Source of the DNA: Callorhinchus milii
Lineage: Eukaryota
Reading direction: 5' to 3'
Length of the DNA stretch: 50,397 bases
Assembly (NCBI RefSeq): GCF_018977255.1
Contig: NW_024705379.1
Location: 1 to 50,397, forward strand
Shown here: piece after piece, positions 21,901-36,900 of the stretch
Layout of the letters: every line of letters starts with the position of its first letter
Position numbering within the stretch: the first letter of the stretch is position 1
Position numbers and translations under genes: made by a program
The notes under the pieces: generated by a model
Told to the model about the DNA's origin: nothing
Seen by the model: only the letters and a program-made list of their open reading frames with translations
Databases searched by the model: none

Positions 21901-24900
21901 GGGATAAGACCGAAGTACCTTAGAAGCAAACACTCTTCTGAAACGACGCTGTGCCGGACAGAGAATCTAAGTTCCTGCTGGGCATAGACGCGAGGACGGT
22001 TCAAATAGGCCAATTTTAGCACAATCTACAGGGGACATGATTTTACACTCCTACTGCTCTTCTGCGGAAAATGATAGGAGGCCTGAGTATCCGATTCACC
22101 CTCTTTTACTACGGTCTGGACTAGTATAAGACTGTTATGAACAAATCGGTTACTGGTTATACCTTATCTGGGTGCATAGTGGTGTTTCAACGAGCTCGAG
22201 CATGCAAACGAGGCGGTCTGTTATGCTGATAGTGGGAGGGTCCCCACGAACCTCGCTTTGTTAGCTACCGGTTGAGGTTCCCTAACCTCCATGGTCGGAT
22301 CGGAGTTTTTCTATGCCACAATCTTAATACCCGATCTGGAGCGTATCACTTGACGTTCCGCGGTTCAGAACCCAATTACATTTTGAGTTAAGAGTTGAAG
22401 GACGTTTACGCTGTATACGGCATACAAATACTCGACTTCATATTTAACGTTCCATGGCCAACATGTGTTCACAAAGGGCTACTGTGGTCACGCTGACTAG
22501 TGTCCCAGCTCTTAAAAGTTGCCAAATCGTACCTTGGGTGCAAGCCTTTCCTATCCCAAATATACTTACCCACTACGTCAGAGAACCATGCTCTCATGTC
22601 TATCCAGTTACACACAGTTGGCACCTAAGTGGTCGGTCGCTGGAGGCTCTAAACGACCATCCCCGCGAGGTGCTACTCGAACGTCTATGGGCACACAAAA
22701 AGAGTTTGAGTAAGAGCACCGCGACCGAAAGAATGATTCATATGTTTTCCGCCAGCATATATACGCGGCGAGCGCCAATGCGCCTGTGCACCCAGTCGTT
22801 GTTCTCAGACCGGCTTGTGATGATCCGTGGGAAATTGATTCTGACTGCTGAATGTTCAACAAACGGATCCCATCAAAAGAAGACCTTAGGGTCGCGGTGG
22901 ATAGAGTAAGTCTCCGGCTATGGAAATTATGAATGGTTATGAAGGCTGCCTGACCATCAGACGGACTATCCAAGGAGGTTTCTCGACATAGGACAGATAA
23001 AATAATGGCACTCCCACATTGGAAACTTAACGGTTAAGCATAGATGGGTGTCTGTTACCTCCATCAATCTAGACACAACCACCGAATAACGAGAAAAGGT
23101 AGGCCTTCACAGGTAGCTCGGCACTGGACCGGGGGCAAGATGCGCGACCGTCTCTCGCTTAGGATCCGATCACGGTGCGTTCGAGCATACTCTGGGGGCG
23201 ACGTCGACCTCACCCATAGCGAGACCCCGTAATAGGATAGCGGCCTCTGGCGTGGTTCTGATCCGCTTCCATCATTGATACGGTACCAAACTAGTCGTCA
23301 GGTAGAGAAGCGGACCGTGAAACTATAGTAGGGATCACAAGGTTTGAGTAAGAACGGCATCATTCTATGTGCGTCTAAAAATAAAAAGGCGCCGTCTTGC
23401 GCTCATTGAGTTCAATTCACCGGACGGGACGATGTGTACAGACGTTACGCACCCACCCTCGCAATTATTTCCTTTGCCTGCCGCAGAGCCTAATCGTTCC
23501 CTACAACCCGCTCTAACCCGGCGAATTCGTAATATCCAATGGCCTTTCAACCCGGCCCTGAGCGGGGGTCTAGTCATTAGTCGGGAACTTACTGGGTGTC
23601 GATACTTCGCCCGAACTATCACAGTAGACGCGTCTAATTTGCGCATTGCATTGTTAGTCTTTACTATGTCGAACTTCTATTTTCACATCGCCGTCGTCGG
23701 AGGATTATGTGGAGCATATGTAGGCCTAATGCCCGCTGCTTATGCATTTGTTCTCCTTGCTTAGTATAATCTATCGTTGTCTGGATGCAGCATTTTACGT
23801 TACCGGTGGTAGATAAAAGATTGCCGCAAGCCGTATAGATACTGATACTAGATGACAAATGAATTAACAAGGACGTGGGATGAAACGCGGTGAGCGCTAT
23901 GGCATAAATTTTTGTAAATGAGTTAGAGAATAATGGTTTTAAGATGATGGCTGTTGAGGCACGCAAGAGTACCTAAGGCGGCCCTGGCTGATTAAGGTGG
24001 GCCCGATTAATATCGACACTATGATCGCGAGAGGTAGGAAAAGCCAAACGCGTTTCTATTAGTGAGCGCGACCATAACAACAGGCCCATAAAGCTCGAGA
24101 ACTCTGATCGTCAACTCCCGATACAACGCGGGGCCCGCTGTCATACCATGACTCCCACCAACATCGATGGAGGTCGGCGACATAATAAGTAGGTTCGAAA
24201 CCGTACACGGTCACAGTATCCAGTTAAGGCCTACCACGTGTCTGAGGCTGCATTTCCTTCTGTGACAGTTAACGGAACAGCATTTGGTAATCATGTTCAC
24301 TTCGCATGCTGAATCGTAAATCCCGCTTGGATGTAAGCTCTCCATTAACTACGAGCTGGTGCTAACGTTGAGAGTACATATACCCGCCTCCACAGATCCC
24401 TCCACTCTGGGAGCGACATAGAGTGTTAGTAGAAGTGTGACCCATATAACCCTCCAACTTAAGAGAGTGGTTGACCGACGTGATTATGGATAATGCAGCG
24501 TACTTTCTGACCAGAATAATGGCGCCATGCGGACGGGGTGTGCCAAAGTAATAAAGATTGTGCACGTACGGTAGTGGTTTTTGAGATATCGTCGCCACAT
24601 GAGAATGAAGCCTGTCTGCAGTCCGTTTTATACGTGAGAACAACGTCCAAAGACACCGAAGATTTTCTGGATCGTCGACTTTCTCCAGTAACCGTACATG
24701 TTTCCCAGACCATGCACAGACTGTAACTATACGTGAACGAGCACTAGGAAGAGAGTATCTTTTCAACGACGTACACTTGGGAGTTCATGTTCAATTATCA
24801 GCAGATATGAATTTGGCCGGTCTCCACAGGGAATGCAGTACTAGATTTTCACCGGGGGACATCTTTTGGCGATGGAATGCTGTATTCGCGTTAGTGACGA

Positions 24901-27900
24901 GGCTGTCAGAGTGCAATTAGTAAACAAGAGATTACACTGGCATGGGCGCGTATACTCTATGCTGATCACCGAGCTGTACATACATAAGACAGAATGCAGA
25001 AGTGGTCGATAGTCCCAACATCGCTGTTATTGTAATATAGTTGACAACAGATGTTAGAACTCACGCAATTCATTTAGAATCGCGCTACCTTTATTGAAGT
25101 CCGAGCGCCTAACAGTCGATATCGATGCGCTATTTCTGAATTCACATGGGGCGAAAGGCGGTGCCTACCAAACTTAAGGCGTCCTTACGCAACGAATGGG
25201 TCAACAGTTAGCAGCAAATATTCTACGTCGGAAAGCGCGGCCGTTTAAGTACAATCTGCCAGATCGCTCCCCGTCATACCTAGTTTCCATGCCGGCCGGC
25301 GAACTACTCAATATAGTTAGGTATTATCGATACACTTACCGCGGACGGTTTAGACCCGCTCGTATGGGGAGTTGGTCAACCAATAGTGTGGGTATATTCT
25401 GTCACGATAGACTATTGTAACCACTGATTCTAATGGGATCATCACACGGGATGACTGTGCTCTCACTCCTGCAATCCTCTAGAAGCCGGTTATTACCCAT
25501 GCGAGTCGTAGCGCTTTAATCGTCACATATGAACCTAGGGTGAAGAGACTCTACGACGATAACTGGGCTACAGCCATGTACAACGCCGTTTTCGTACTGG
25601 CTCATCTCAACATTTGAACCTGATTAACCCGAAGCAACTCCCGAAGCTTGGCCACCACCTGTAGAAAGAAACCGAATCGTGCAGCATCCAGTAGATCATT
25701 ACTAGCACTCAGCGAGCCCGCGACGACGCAAGGATTACTATCTCCCGTGTCAAGAGCCTCATTACCTGCACTTTAATTGTCGTCAAGCCTCTTCGGGAGA
25801 ATCGTTCTATGCAGCAGAGAGTTGAATTATACACTTTCGCTACCGTGGCAGGATCTAATGTTGGTTCCAGAGCTAGAGGATCTCGAGCCGGCAACTCAGG
25901 CCGCAATGCTAAGGTCGAAGGGTATTGTCCACAGTAAAACATCTTCTAGGGAAATCAACTATAATAAACTTGTTACAGGTTGTTGCGTTGGTCCAAGCAG
26001 ATTACGTATCGGAAACCCGTCGGACCCGAAAGACAATGCTCTATTAGATCGGCGCTAGATTACTCAGGGGTTGCACTAGAACTAAGTGGTGCCTTCGATC
26101 CACCAGTGTGTACCAACTTAATTACGCTGGGGTGAAGTGCGCCAGGCTGGCTGGCAGCGCTTTATACAGTTTCTATGGCATGTGTCCTGATACAGCCATA
26201 ATAAGTTCGGATTTCTGTGCAGATAGGGCTCCTCTTGAAAGATGCCTAGTGTGAACCCAGTTGTTTTTTAGTAAGTCAGCAACACCGATCCCATGAATTG
26301 TGTTCGACGCTTTGGCTACAGAATTGTAGGGTCGTACAGATCCTGAGTTATTAAGGAGGTACGTCTTCCATATCCTACGCTGGTATATTAAGCTTCCTAG
26401 GACTGACCCATAAACGATCAAGAGAGGAGCCACGGAGAGAGTAGCGCTCTTACCGTAGCGTGTTCGCAAATTTGACGGCACATTGTGAGGAAGGATCGAC
26501 ATCTAGAGCTCCTCAGTCAGGCTCTGAATGTCATATCAAAGTGACCATACGCACCCTGGGGGACTACAACTTCTATCCTGTAAATTGGGGTTAGCCACGA
26601 GTTACTTAATAACGTCGTGATGTGAAAAGGAGTATGCGGCTGTTACACGAATGCGCCCCTAGGGTACGGCGCCATGGATGGTTCTATCCTGTGACGAGGA
26701 GCCTTCTCTAAATTTAAGGAGCGGCGCGTAGGAGTAGGGCCATGGACCGTTGGCTCTTGGTCCTCGTTATGCCCGTAGTTATTATAGGAGGGCGTCGGAG
26801 CCCGCCCACCTATGCGATCTACATAGGTCAACTGGCTAGCGGTATGTGTCGATTTTCTAGATCGGCTCGGTGTCTCAGTCAGCACCACACACCTGGAGCC
26901 CCGGTCAAAATACGTCACGCCCGCCTGGGATAAGATTTACTTTTAGTAGACCGATCCTCTAGAAAGTTGAGCTACTTGACACAGTCTATCACCCTTAATC
27001 TAATGCTCGCGCTTACCAAACAGCGAGCTGAAGCTCGGAGATCTGAGGCCCACAACATTAACGTTATAATAAACATAGGCTGTCCACGTCTCAAGAAAAA
27101 CTCCGTGCAGGTCGCATTAGGATGGTTTCTAACAACCTCGATTTTTGTGATGCAACCACGAACCCGCCAACTTATGGGTGCGCATTTCGCATAAGGTCAT
27201 TGCAACGGGTTCGACTCTGCTCCCCGTGTTCAAGCGGACTAGAACCAGAGTGATCAGAACATGTGAACGGGTTTGTTATAAGATTTGCACAAGTATAGCT
27301 CGTATTCCATGGACACATCTGCAGTCATGTAGCTTCCGTTCATACCATTATAAACCTAATTTGAATCACTTGCTCACAGGAGATTTGAATTCAATGTCGA
27401 TACGTTTAAGCCGTCGATACACCAACCATTTAACATGCGCGGGACATGGAGCGCATTCCTAGAGGGCTAATGACTGTCAGCTAGGTTTAAGATTCTATGA
27501 GGTGTCCAAGGGATCCACGGGAACCATTTATGGGTTTATGCCTGCTCTGAAGCGTCTATAAGTGAGTTTATTTGTCGATGATAATACTGCTTATGGAACT
27601 CTGGGATTAATCGCCTGACTTTAACGACAACAAACCGCAGTTACACTTCATATTGGGGACGCTTTGGTCTATTTCATCACGTCCTCAATGTCACAAAATA
27701 GGACGCAGCGGGGAAGCAAATGTAGCACAATACTAATACCGTCCGTGCCTGCTAACTCGTCCGTCACCTACCCCAGAAAACGCACAGAAGGTCAAGGCCC
27801 GGATGCATCGCCACTTACAGTCCCTGGTCTTGGGGAGTTATATAAGAAGTAGGTTCAGATTGTCTACTTCGCCGCTTCGCGTCACTTTCCTAGTTAGGAT

Positions 27901-30900
27901 CCACGTTAAGAGGGCGAGACTTCTTACAAGGGGGCGAGGACGCCCAACATTATTAGCTCTGTGGGGGAGGCACCAGAAGGGGTGCGCTTGTAGAGGAGAC
28001 CGGGCAAACAGCCACGCTGCCAAAGAGATGACCCACCAATGATGTTCAATAATTAATGACGTACCAACATAGCTACAAAGGTGACAGCCACGTTCAGCGA
28101 TGACAAGTTTTGAGGATGTCCTGCACCGAGTCTGCTAGCTTTTTGATGGAAGAGCGGTCTTGGCCCGTGCAGATCCCAAGACTCCTAACCCCCGCTTTGG
28201 CGGATACGTTCTCTGAGGCATAAAGTCAGGCCCGTCTATGATTGTTTTTTAGTTGCCGTTCAACAATACATTTTCGGTTTTAATTCTAATATTGCGGACT
28301 TGAACTATTATAAATCGAATGTATGATCGGCTACACCCTACTTCAGCCGTCCAGATAAGAGATATACCCCTAGTAAAGCCATAAAACTGTCATGGTACGT
28401 GGAAGGGGCACTAGACTTGCATCCTTGCGAGAAGCCATAAGGGCCTAGGCAATTCGTAGCAAACACTAGTCGGTTTTGATCGTCACGTACAACGAACTTC
28501 GCCCGGACCGCTGTGCGAAGGTCCTTGGCTGAGGCTGAGGAGCCTCAAATGGCTCATAAGACTCAGATCTTCACTATCTAACATTTAGGTAGTGTCCATA
28601 CTCGTTGCAACCCAGCAATATTGGATCGCCGGACCTGAGACCCAAAGCCGCGCAGTAGCGTCGGGATGGCGCGTGTAGTACTTAAAACCTCAGTGTCGGT
28701 CACTGTCTCACTTCATCTCCAATCGGAACCCTGTCCGTCCAGCGTAGACCAATTGGAATAAAAACCTGGCATGAATCCCAATTACAGAGTGTTGAGGCAC
28801 CAGCGTTCGACTACCGTGCAGTCATTGCGCCTTTCCAAGGCATCGGACCTCCCACTGTGGACATGGTTGGGCGACTTTAAAGTTCCAATGTCGTATCACT
28901 AGGAGGTGTCGTATACGACATATAACAGGTCGTATAGGTCCGGCATAAACCACCACCTACCCATAAACTTCTGGGCTGTGAAACATCTGTTAGTAACTGC
29001 AATCCCATGCTGACCGGACGTTTACAGCAAACGACTGATACTAACACGGGAGGGACATAGTGGAAGTCTGAAAACACTCAATGTAGCGGAGAGTTGAGTT
29101 CGTTCGGGGCCCTCACCAGGTATGCAAAACTTTACTTATGCAACTCGATTGGTGAGGATGCCTTGTGTTTAATAGCTACGTATTTGGCGAATCCCCACAG
29201 GTTACTGCTGGCTTAACACTCTATGCTGTAGGCCTATATTAGACGTGGTGGGTATGGGTGCGACAAACAGTATTCAGCATAACGGATCCTAGAACCTAAC
29301 GCCACGGAATAGTAGTTACGTCGGTACAGAAAACGGAATCCTACATGAGATGGTGATTCCGTCCAGCGCTTGGCGGTAGATTATGTAGTGTTACAGTACG
29401 TAGAAAATTTTCCTGCTCATGACTTATTTGATTACGGTTAAGTAACGATTACGGTACCGAGGGCAGTAAGTGCAGTCATCTATAGATGACAATTTTTGGA
29501 AACGCAACTGTCGATGTGAGAGAGGTCTTATGCGTATAAAGTTAGAGGAGTCTCCTACAAGGACAACAAGACGCATGTCTGACGCTCGCAGCACCTAGAG
29601 GGGAGATCTCAGTGCAAGATACTCTTACATACACCCCCAATTCAGAATAATCATGCCTAGGCAGTCCTTAAGTGGATCCCAATCTTAATGATTTTACGGA
29701 GCTCAGTTAACGGACATTACCCAGGTCTGTTGCCATTTGGTCTCATGCCACACGTATTTAGCTGGCTTGCGCAGGTGATGGGGCGTCGTCAGTTCCGGCA
29801 CTGAATCAACTTAACACTACTGCTGTCGCGGATATTTGCTACCATGTTGGTTGTCTTTCACCACATCTAACCGTGGAACGCATATTGGGCGCTCTTAAAC
29901 CTAATAGGCCGTCTGTAGCTTAGAGATGAGCAAGGAGGATTCTGCCCCCCACCAAAGACGGGCTTTATGACTGAGCACGGACGTTCCCGCGGTGCCTAAT
30001 CGAGATTACCTAATACCACATTGCCGCTGCGTATGCGTCGTTTCGTCGACATTCAATATGATCGAGCCAACGTGAGAGCTCGCGTACTTAGGAATAACGC
30101 ACTTGAGCAGAGTAAAATCCATCGTTTCGCGGAAGCAGGCCGGGATAGACTAAATAATCCAATGGAAGCCTCAGTTCCGGAGCGAATGCAAGGGGCTACG
30201 GGAGTTTTGCGACAGATGTACCATAATACCTTAAGCACGGAAGCATAATTCGTATGGTAATGTGAGTCGGTTAAGGCCGGATCCAAGCTCGGATATATGG
30301 AGCTCCCGGATTCGGTTTGGCTGGACCGGTACAGTATCCGACCCAATGCTGTTTACTTTCCTGATTACTACCTCGAGAGGAACACATCAAGAGTCTATAG
30401 CTACTGGGTAAGAATTTTCGTGATGTGGTCGATATACTGTGTGGGGAGGAACCGAGCTTGTATTACGGATCAAAATACGCATGTCGATCGTACAGGGACT
30501 AGGCTCCTAGATGATCCCGGATTTGTGTCTCATGTTACTCATTTGGCATCTAACTTCGAGCCGATGCATGGAGTGATGTCGTCGGTGGAGCGGCTCTTGA
30601 GGTTTTGACATCTACGTTTCAAATTGCATGGCATAGACCAGGGAAATGGTGGTGGGGAACATGGCGGAGCCTACTTGAGGAGCGTAGAAGTAGTCTGTTG
30701 GTGTTCCGTACCCTAACCTCTGGCTAAACCCGTACGGGGCGTCCTGGGTTAACCTGAGTTAAGTTTATAGCCATTTTTTTCCACTCTCTAACCCAAGTCC
30801 CTACCGTGCATCTTTCCAAAGTCGGTCGGATGCCCTTCATCTTTTCGATTGAATCACACAGCGAAGTTCCGGAGACGCGAATCTCTTAAGGGGGTCGACA

Positions 30901-33900
30901 TGTGGTCTGTGGGGTCGGCACATTTGAATCATCCAATTGTAGATAGCTAAGGCCCCAACAGTGTGACTGGGTCTACACGATAGTCAGGGAATCGAGAACA
31001 AGAATCAGGGGACTAGTAATCAGTAACAGATACGGCCTCGGCATAACATCAACTTCAAGTGGCCCATCGCGGGAATCCCGACACCTTTGACCATTGCGAC
31101 TTTGAACCATACGCTCTCACATCGGTTGGGGAGACTATTCAACCTGAGGCCAGGGCACAACCAACAGATCACGGAGGCACTGCTCGGGCCATCGTGGATG
31201 TCGGAGCAACCTTTGCTGACCACGCCTCTGCCTTCCTTCATGTGACGCAACACCTGAGCCAGCAGGACCGAAGACCTTCCGTCGGCAGTGTCTATATTAC
31301 ACAGACGTAGAGAACTAAAATCGGCCAACATGGGGCAAACTTTTCGCTGCGACGTTCAACACGACTTCTGGTCATGGCCTACTAAGATATCCTTTCGGGT
31401 GTTCATGTGTCGCAGTCACGACCAACTCGGCCCGAAGCTAGTAAAAGAGGTGTAAGCCCCTACGGCACTGTTTTAATATTGCCTGTGGGGGCAACTTCCA
31501 TCACGATAAAACTGGTATCTTACACGCCACCCTTTCATACGGTTAAGTAGATCAGTTGTCTAACAGAAACACCAGAGGCAGCGCCTCGTTGTCGCTATTT
31601 CTATCGGTTGCACTTGATTATGGCCCCCCAAGGGCAGTAAATTCGAGTATTCGCAGGCAAGCATGCAGCGCATACGAGCGTCTACAATCCCTACAGGTGG
31701 GCCGCAAGGATAAACCTCTCGACATACACTAGATAGAACTACCTCGATTCCCTAGAATGTGCGGGCAGAAGACCGCCCAGTCTGTTGACCTAGGCGCGTC
31801 AAACAAAGGTCATGGTAGAACTAGCACTATTTCAGTGTTTAACAATTTATGTTGCATACATCGTCAACGAACCGTTGTGGGGTAACTTGGAGATATGCCT
31901 TACGAATAACCAACCCAGACCAAGATGTAACTTATTTAATATTCATGATTGTGGAGGTTCTTAAATCCGGACGTGAGTGCACCCGTTTTAGGGAGACTTA
32001 GAGTGATTAATACTGTTTAGTTTCGCCAGACCATCAGGTGAGATTACTGTTTAGCTGGGGATAACTCTAGGTACGAGGTTCGCCATGGACCGTGTTCATT
32101 TACAGGGCCGCTGTTACCTCGTGGTAGGACACACTCAATATCCAACCCACCTTAATCAGACGGTTAAACACCGACTAAACGTCCCACAGGGAGATACAAC
32201 ACATTAGGAAGCTGAGAAAGTCGGAGCCGCGGGTCTACCCTGAAGGAGCCTGATTCTAATCATCGTCGTACGATGGGCAAGACCGCAACGCGACACGTTC
32301 GCACGACTATCGACAGATTGCTCACTAAATGGGGAGTGGGAGGTTGTAAGGGCGAGAAGTCTTCTAGCTGACGTGATAGTTTGAAAGGGATAGCTGCGGT
32401 CTGAGTCCTCCCTGTCGATGAAACTGCAGTCTCAACGGGTGACTCATCATCTGGTGTTCCCACTAGCTGTGACCAAGATTGACGAGCCGGTACCAGCGTG
32501 TGATACAAAATACACGACACATGTGCATGTGAGTTGGAGGCATTCTAGTACACGTCCGGGGATATGGTAGACCAATGCACGACCCGTGTCCCACCGAAAC
32601 TACCATACTCTCTAACGGATGCTATATAACGTGTGAAGCGCTCAAACTCAAGAGGGCGTGTGTGACGTCCCCCGACCCGGCAGTCCGCGCCAAGTTGGTA
32701 GTCAAACGCTCTTTAATCAATCGAGGCAGACCCTTTAAATTTCATCTATATGCTCAGCGTGATACGTTTCGTAAGTCATAGACCACAACGACGTGGCGTC
32801 GGAACTTAGGCTTTGACTCGTACCATGTGCTGCAGTGTTGATCCTGTCATGTAATTTAGAGTGGCCTTCAATTATTGAGGCTTATTAAAACGTAGCTCAG
32901 TATAGGACTTGCGATCAAGGGAGTTCTTCAGATGGCCCGTCTGGCTGAGATCCCTCTATCCCTGACAGCATTGATAATTCGAAGGGCAGTCTAAATGCTG
33001 GATTTGACGCGACCGTATTGTTCGTTAATCTTAGTCGTACCTATACGCTTACTTCGACATATGGAGGCACAATTAGAGCTGCAATGAGTGTCCCCAACTA
33101 ATCTCGAAGAGCTTCGACTGAAGATCGATGAACGTAGGGTAGTTAGGGCTAACGATTGAATTTTTCCAGCAATGCAGAAATGGCCTCTATTAAAAGACCT
33201 TTTTGGTCCATGGGCTTAAGCAGAACCCATCAAATTTCTCGTGTCGCTGAACTATCGTCGACGCGCACACTAACGCAGCGCATGTCATTACGGGGGATGT
33301 ATTCTCCTTCCACAGCCAGTTGTAAGGACATTGTTGACGCAACAGTCCGGATAATCTCCGGTGCGTGTGCTAAGCTATTTTGGTTATTAATGAATGTCTG
33401 CAGGCATCTCCCTACCAAGCTTAGTTAAGACACCAGCTGCGGACTAAAAAGGGGACGACTTTTCATAGGTTGACGTGGACGGAAACAGTCGCGGAACCGT
33501 AATGCATAACGAGAAAATAGGGGCATGCAATAGTGCCTCCCCGAACGCACCACCCGCGAATCAGTAGTACATCTCTCCCTCCTTGGCTCTTTAGTAAGGT
33601 GGCCCCCAACGTATGACATACTACCGCTCTGAAGCCGAGCGTGGGGTGAAAAAAGGTTTAGTGCCGCGTTTACAACCTAAGATTGTTCACCGGTGCCTGG
33701 GTTATCAATCTTCGACGCCTAATGTGTCGTGTCCTATTCTGCCGGTGTGTGCCCACAGCTTAGTGACCTTGGTGCTGACGGGTGGAACCGCTGCAGACGT
33801 ACGTTGCCGCGTACGGGAAAGACGGGACTAGGGTCTACCCCCAGGAAAGTAACAGTCGGGGTTCTCCTAGATATGCGTTATCCCAAAGTCAGCCATCGGG

Positions 33901-36900
33901 TAAGTCGAAAATCACCCGCTCAATTCTAGACGGATAGCTATGATAATTTACAACAGGGTGAGCCCGTAAAGGAGCCTCAAAAGAAGAGACCTTGTAGAAA
34001 CCATCATTTCTTCGTCTCGGTTTGAAATGTGGGAGTAATGTTGTTTAATGCGTACCCATCTCAGGGTAAAGGCGATGGATGTAGGTCCAAGACACCGATA
34101 CTATTCGTCAGTTCGCGACTATACTAGCTCCAAAGGCCTGACATAGGTGAGTAGGGCTGTCGCAATTTGTTGCGAATCCGATAAGGTGTTAGTGCTACGG
34201 GGTTACATCGATAAACAGCTAAATTCAATAACCGAGGTCTTGCTGAGTTCAAAGAAGAATTGACTATAGTTGACCGGGGGCCGAACGATGCACCTCGGAA
34301 TACCCTTTAGCTGCCGTTTCATTGGTCAGAACACTCATCGAAGCGAGCAATCTGTGACCTATTATTCATGTGATCAGAACTGACTGGACTCCCCATGTGA
34401 CAAAAAAGAGGATCGATCTTGATGACGTCAGATCCTGTCAAACTAGGCACACTAACGGCGCTAAGTCCGTGGTCATTTGACGTTGGCAACGATAATAAGT
34501 TTTAAACCAGGCCGAATAGTTATGGAGGCCCATCTCTGCAAATAAACAGGTAGAGGAGACCTCAAGTGGATCAGTCCTAAGGGATGGAATCTCAATGCTG
34601 TCGGATTGCGTAAACAAGGGCCTTTCGATAACGGGGAGGAACTCATTAAAAAGTCCGAGTACTCCTACGAGAATCGATACTTTTTGCGTGTCGGGCACTC
34701 CAAATTCCGATCAGTGTAAATCGAATGGCATTGTTGGCTCATTACGCCGCGTGATCACAAATAATACTTAAGGGGATCTCGAACTATATCATCCGTGAGG
34801 TTATATTTCAGCTGTTGGCCGAGAGGATCCTTCAGGCAGGGCTACTACATACATTGTCAGCGGCGCGGGTAAGTAATCGACTATAGCTTGGCACGGCTGT
34901 GACCTAGGATCAAAGTCTACCGGAACACACCAACTGCTTCGCGAATCGGTCCTATCTATAAAGGATCGGAATCATCGCTAGAATCGTCAGAGTAGGATCA
35001 CCTAGGGACAAACTCCCATTACGTAATGTCGTTTTTATTCTCTGTATCAACCAGGAAGGCTTCAAAGCGTAATTTTCTGTAACAGATTCCTTTTTGATGT
35101 TCGCTTCTACTAGTCGAGTCCCGAGCCGATCGACGGGAAGCAACAGAGCCGGGGCTCCTTCTAACGACACGACTAATCAAGATCGTTACACCAAATGCAT
35201 TTTTAATGTGAGATAATACCATAAGTGTGAGCCCATTCAAGACCCAGGCGTCGACCAGCGGGGGGAACATTATCGCTTGCTCAAAAATACACCCGTCTGT
35301 GCACATCCATAACCCGACCTCCCAAGTCTTTCCGCGGAGCCCGCCATGGGGCGAATCCGTTGTCCGAGGAAGAGTCTTTTGCCAGTAGGGGATGGGCTAC
35401 GGCGCGGCAGTTCGCACCATATAGGGTGTCTCGGTTGCTCCGCCACTGTGCCCACCCCTCCACGGTTAAGGTAATTGTCGTTGTGGTTCCGCCGTGATAA
35501 AAGTTTCACGTGACGCATCGGTCTAGACCTAATTGCCGTTGTCTACGTCGATTCTCTCTATACGCTAAAGTTTCGAATCCGTACTTACTCTCTCTTTAGC
35601 GAGGAACGGCGAGGGTGTCTGTTAGACAGATCGACGAACCCCGGACGCGCAGTTCCCGAACAGGTGTCTCAGCTCTCGGAGTGAGCTCCCGCAACATGAC
35701 GCATTATGGAAGATTGGTCGCGTAGAGATGTAAGGCAAGCATATCCCTCCGCGAGGCGCATTATCGTCCGCTGACTATCATTAGAGAACTTTTCGGTTCC
35801 TAAGCGGAGGATGCAAACCGCTGTCTTCAGAACGTAATATTTACGCAACTACTTTGACCAGCATCCTGCAGGGAGTTCATGCGGGCACCATTGAAAGTGT
35901 GCACTAAGAAATGTAACTTGTCGCAGATCAAGAATGGGGCCGTTAAAACGAAGTCCTGGCCGTATCAGTGACTTCCTACGGTAATATTTGACTTGTGCCG
36001 ATACCGGACTTGTTTACAGCTAACTAACGTGTGGCTTAGTCTCACAAACATCCGCTGTCTGGCAGCGTATTGAAACAGAAGTAGAGCCCCCAAGTTCTGT
36101 ATGGTCCGGAAATGCCGGACAAAGGCACGCACACAACATCTTAGATTAGTAACTGAGGTGGATTTGGATAAGGAGGGATTACACAGCGGCTCTGCATTAA
36201 TATCGAACCTACGCCAAGATAGCTGGCTCCCGAAACACTTTGGCGGACGGCTCTACTGCCGGCTCGGGTATGCAGTACGGGGCTTGAAGGCTTCGGCGTC
36301 GAGCCAAGTTTCTCTCACTTAGCAAGCACACACCTGGCAGGCAACTCGGTTCCAAGTGGTGCCGCTTCGAGGCGAAGTAGAAGGATCAGTCCCCATATGG
36401 GCCGTGAGCATGCTCTTACTACTAAACATTTGTTGATATCTTGCCACTATCTAGTTTAGAGACACCAAAGACTGCGTCCAGAGCAACCAAGAGCCAAACG
36501 AGGAGCGGAGTCGATAGACAAGAAACCAGTCTGGCGTGATCTACATCACTGGTTTTAGCGGACGTACCCATATTTACGTGTTAGACCGCACTCTACACTT
36601 AAGGGCAACGTCTGTTACACTGTCGCGATTGCTCTCGAGATATGGTTCTTAAGTAGCATCTTCGTAACACTCAAAAGCTGCTTCAGCGTGGGCCTCCATC
36701 TTCTATCTGAATGTACAGGTCCGTTTCATAAGAGCTAGTGTCGTGGGGCTATGAAACGCATGAATGTAGCCAAATTAGATTACCAGACGTTCTTTATCCC
36801 AAATGACAGACTCCCCACCACTGCAGTGTCAGACGGGAGGCGTTATGCCGCGATCGATAGTCTTGACAGCGCCGTTACAGGGCGTTATCTTCCGAAACGT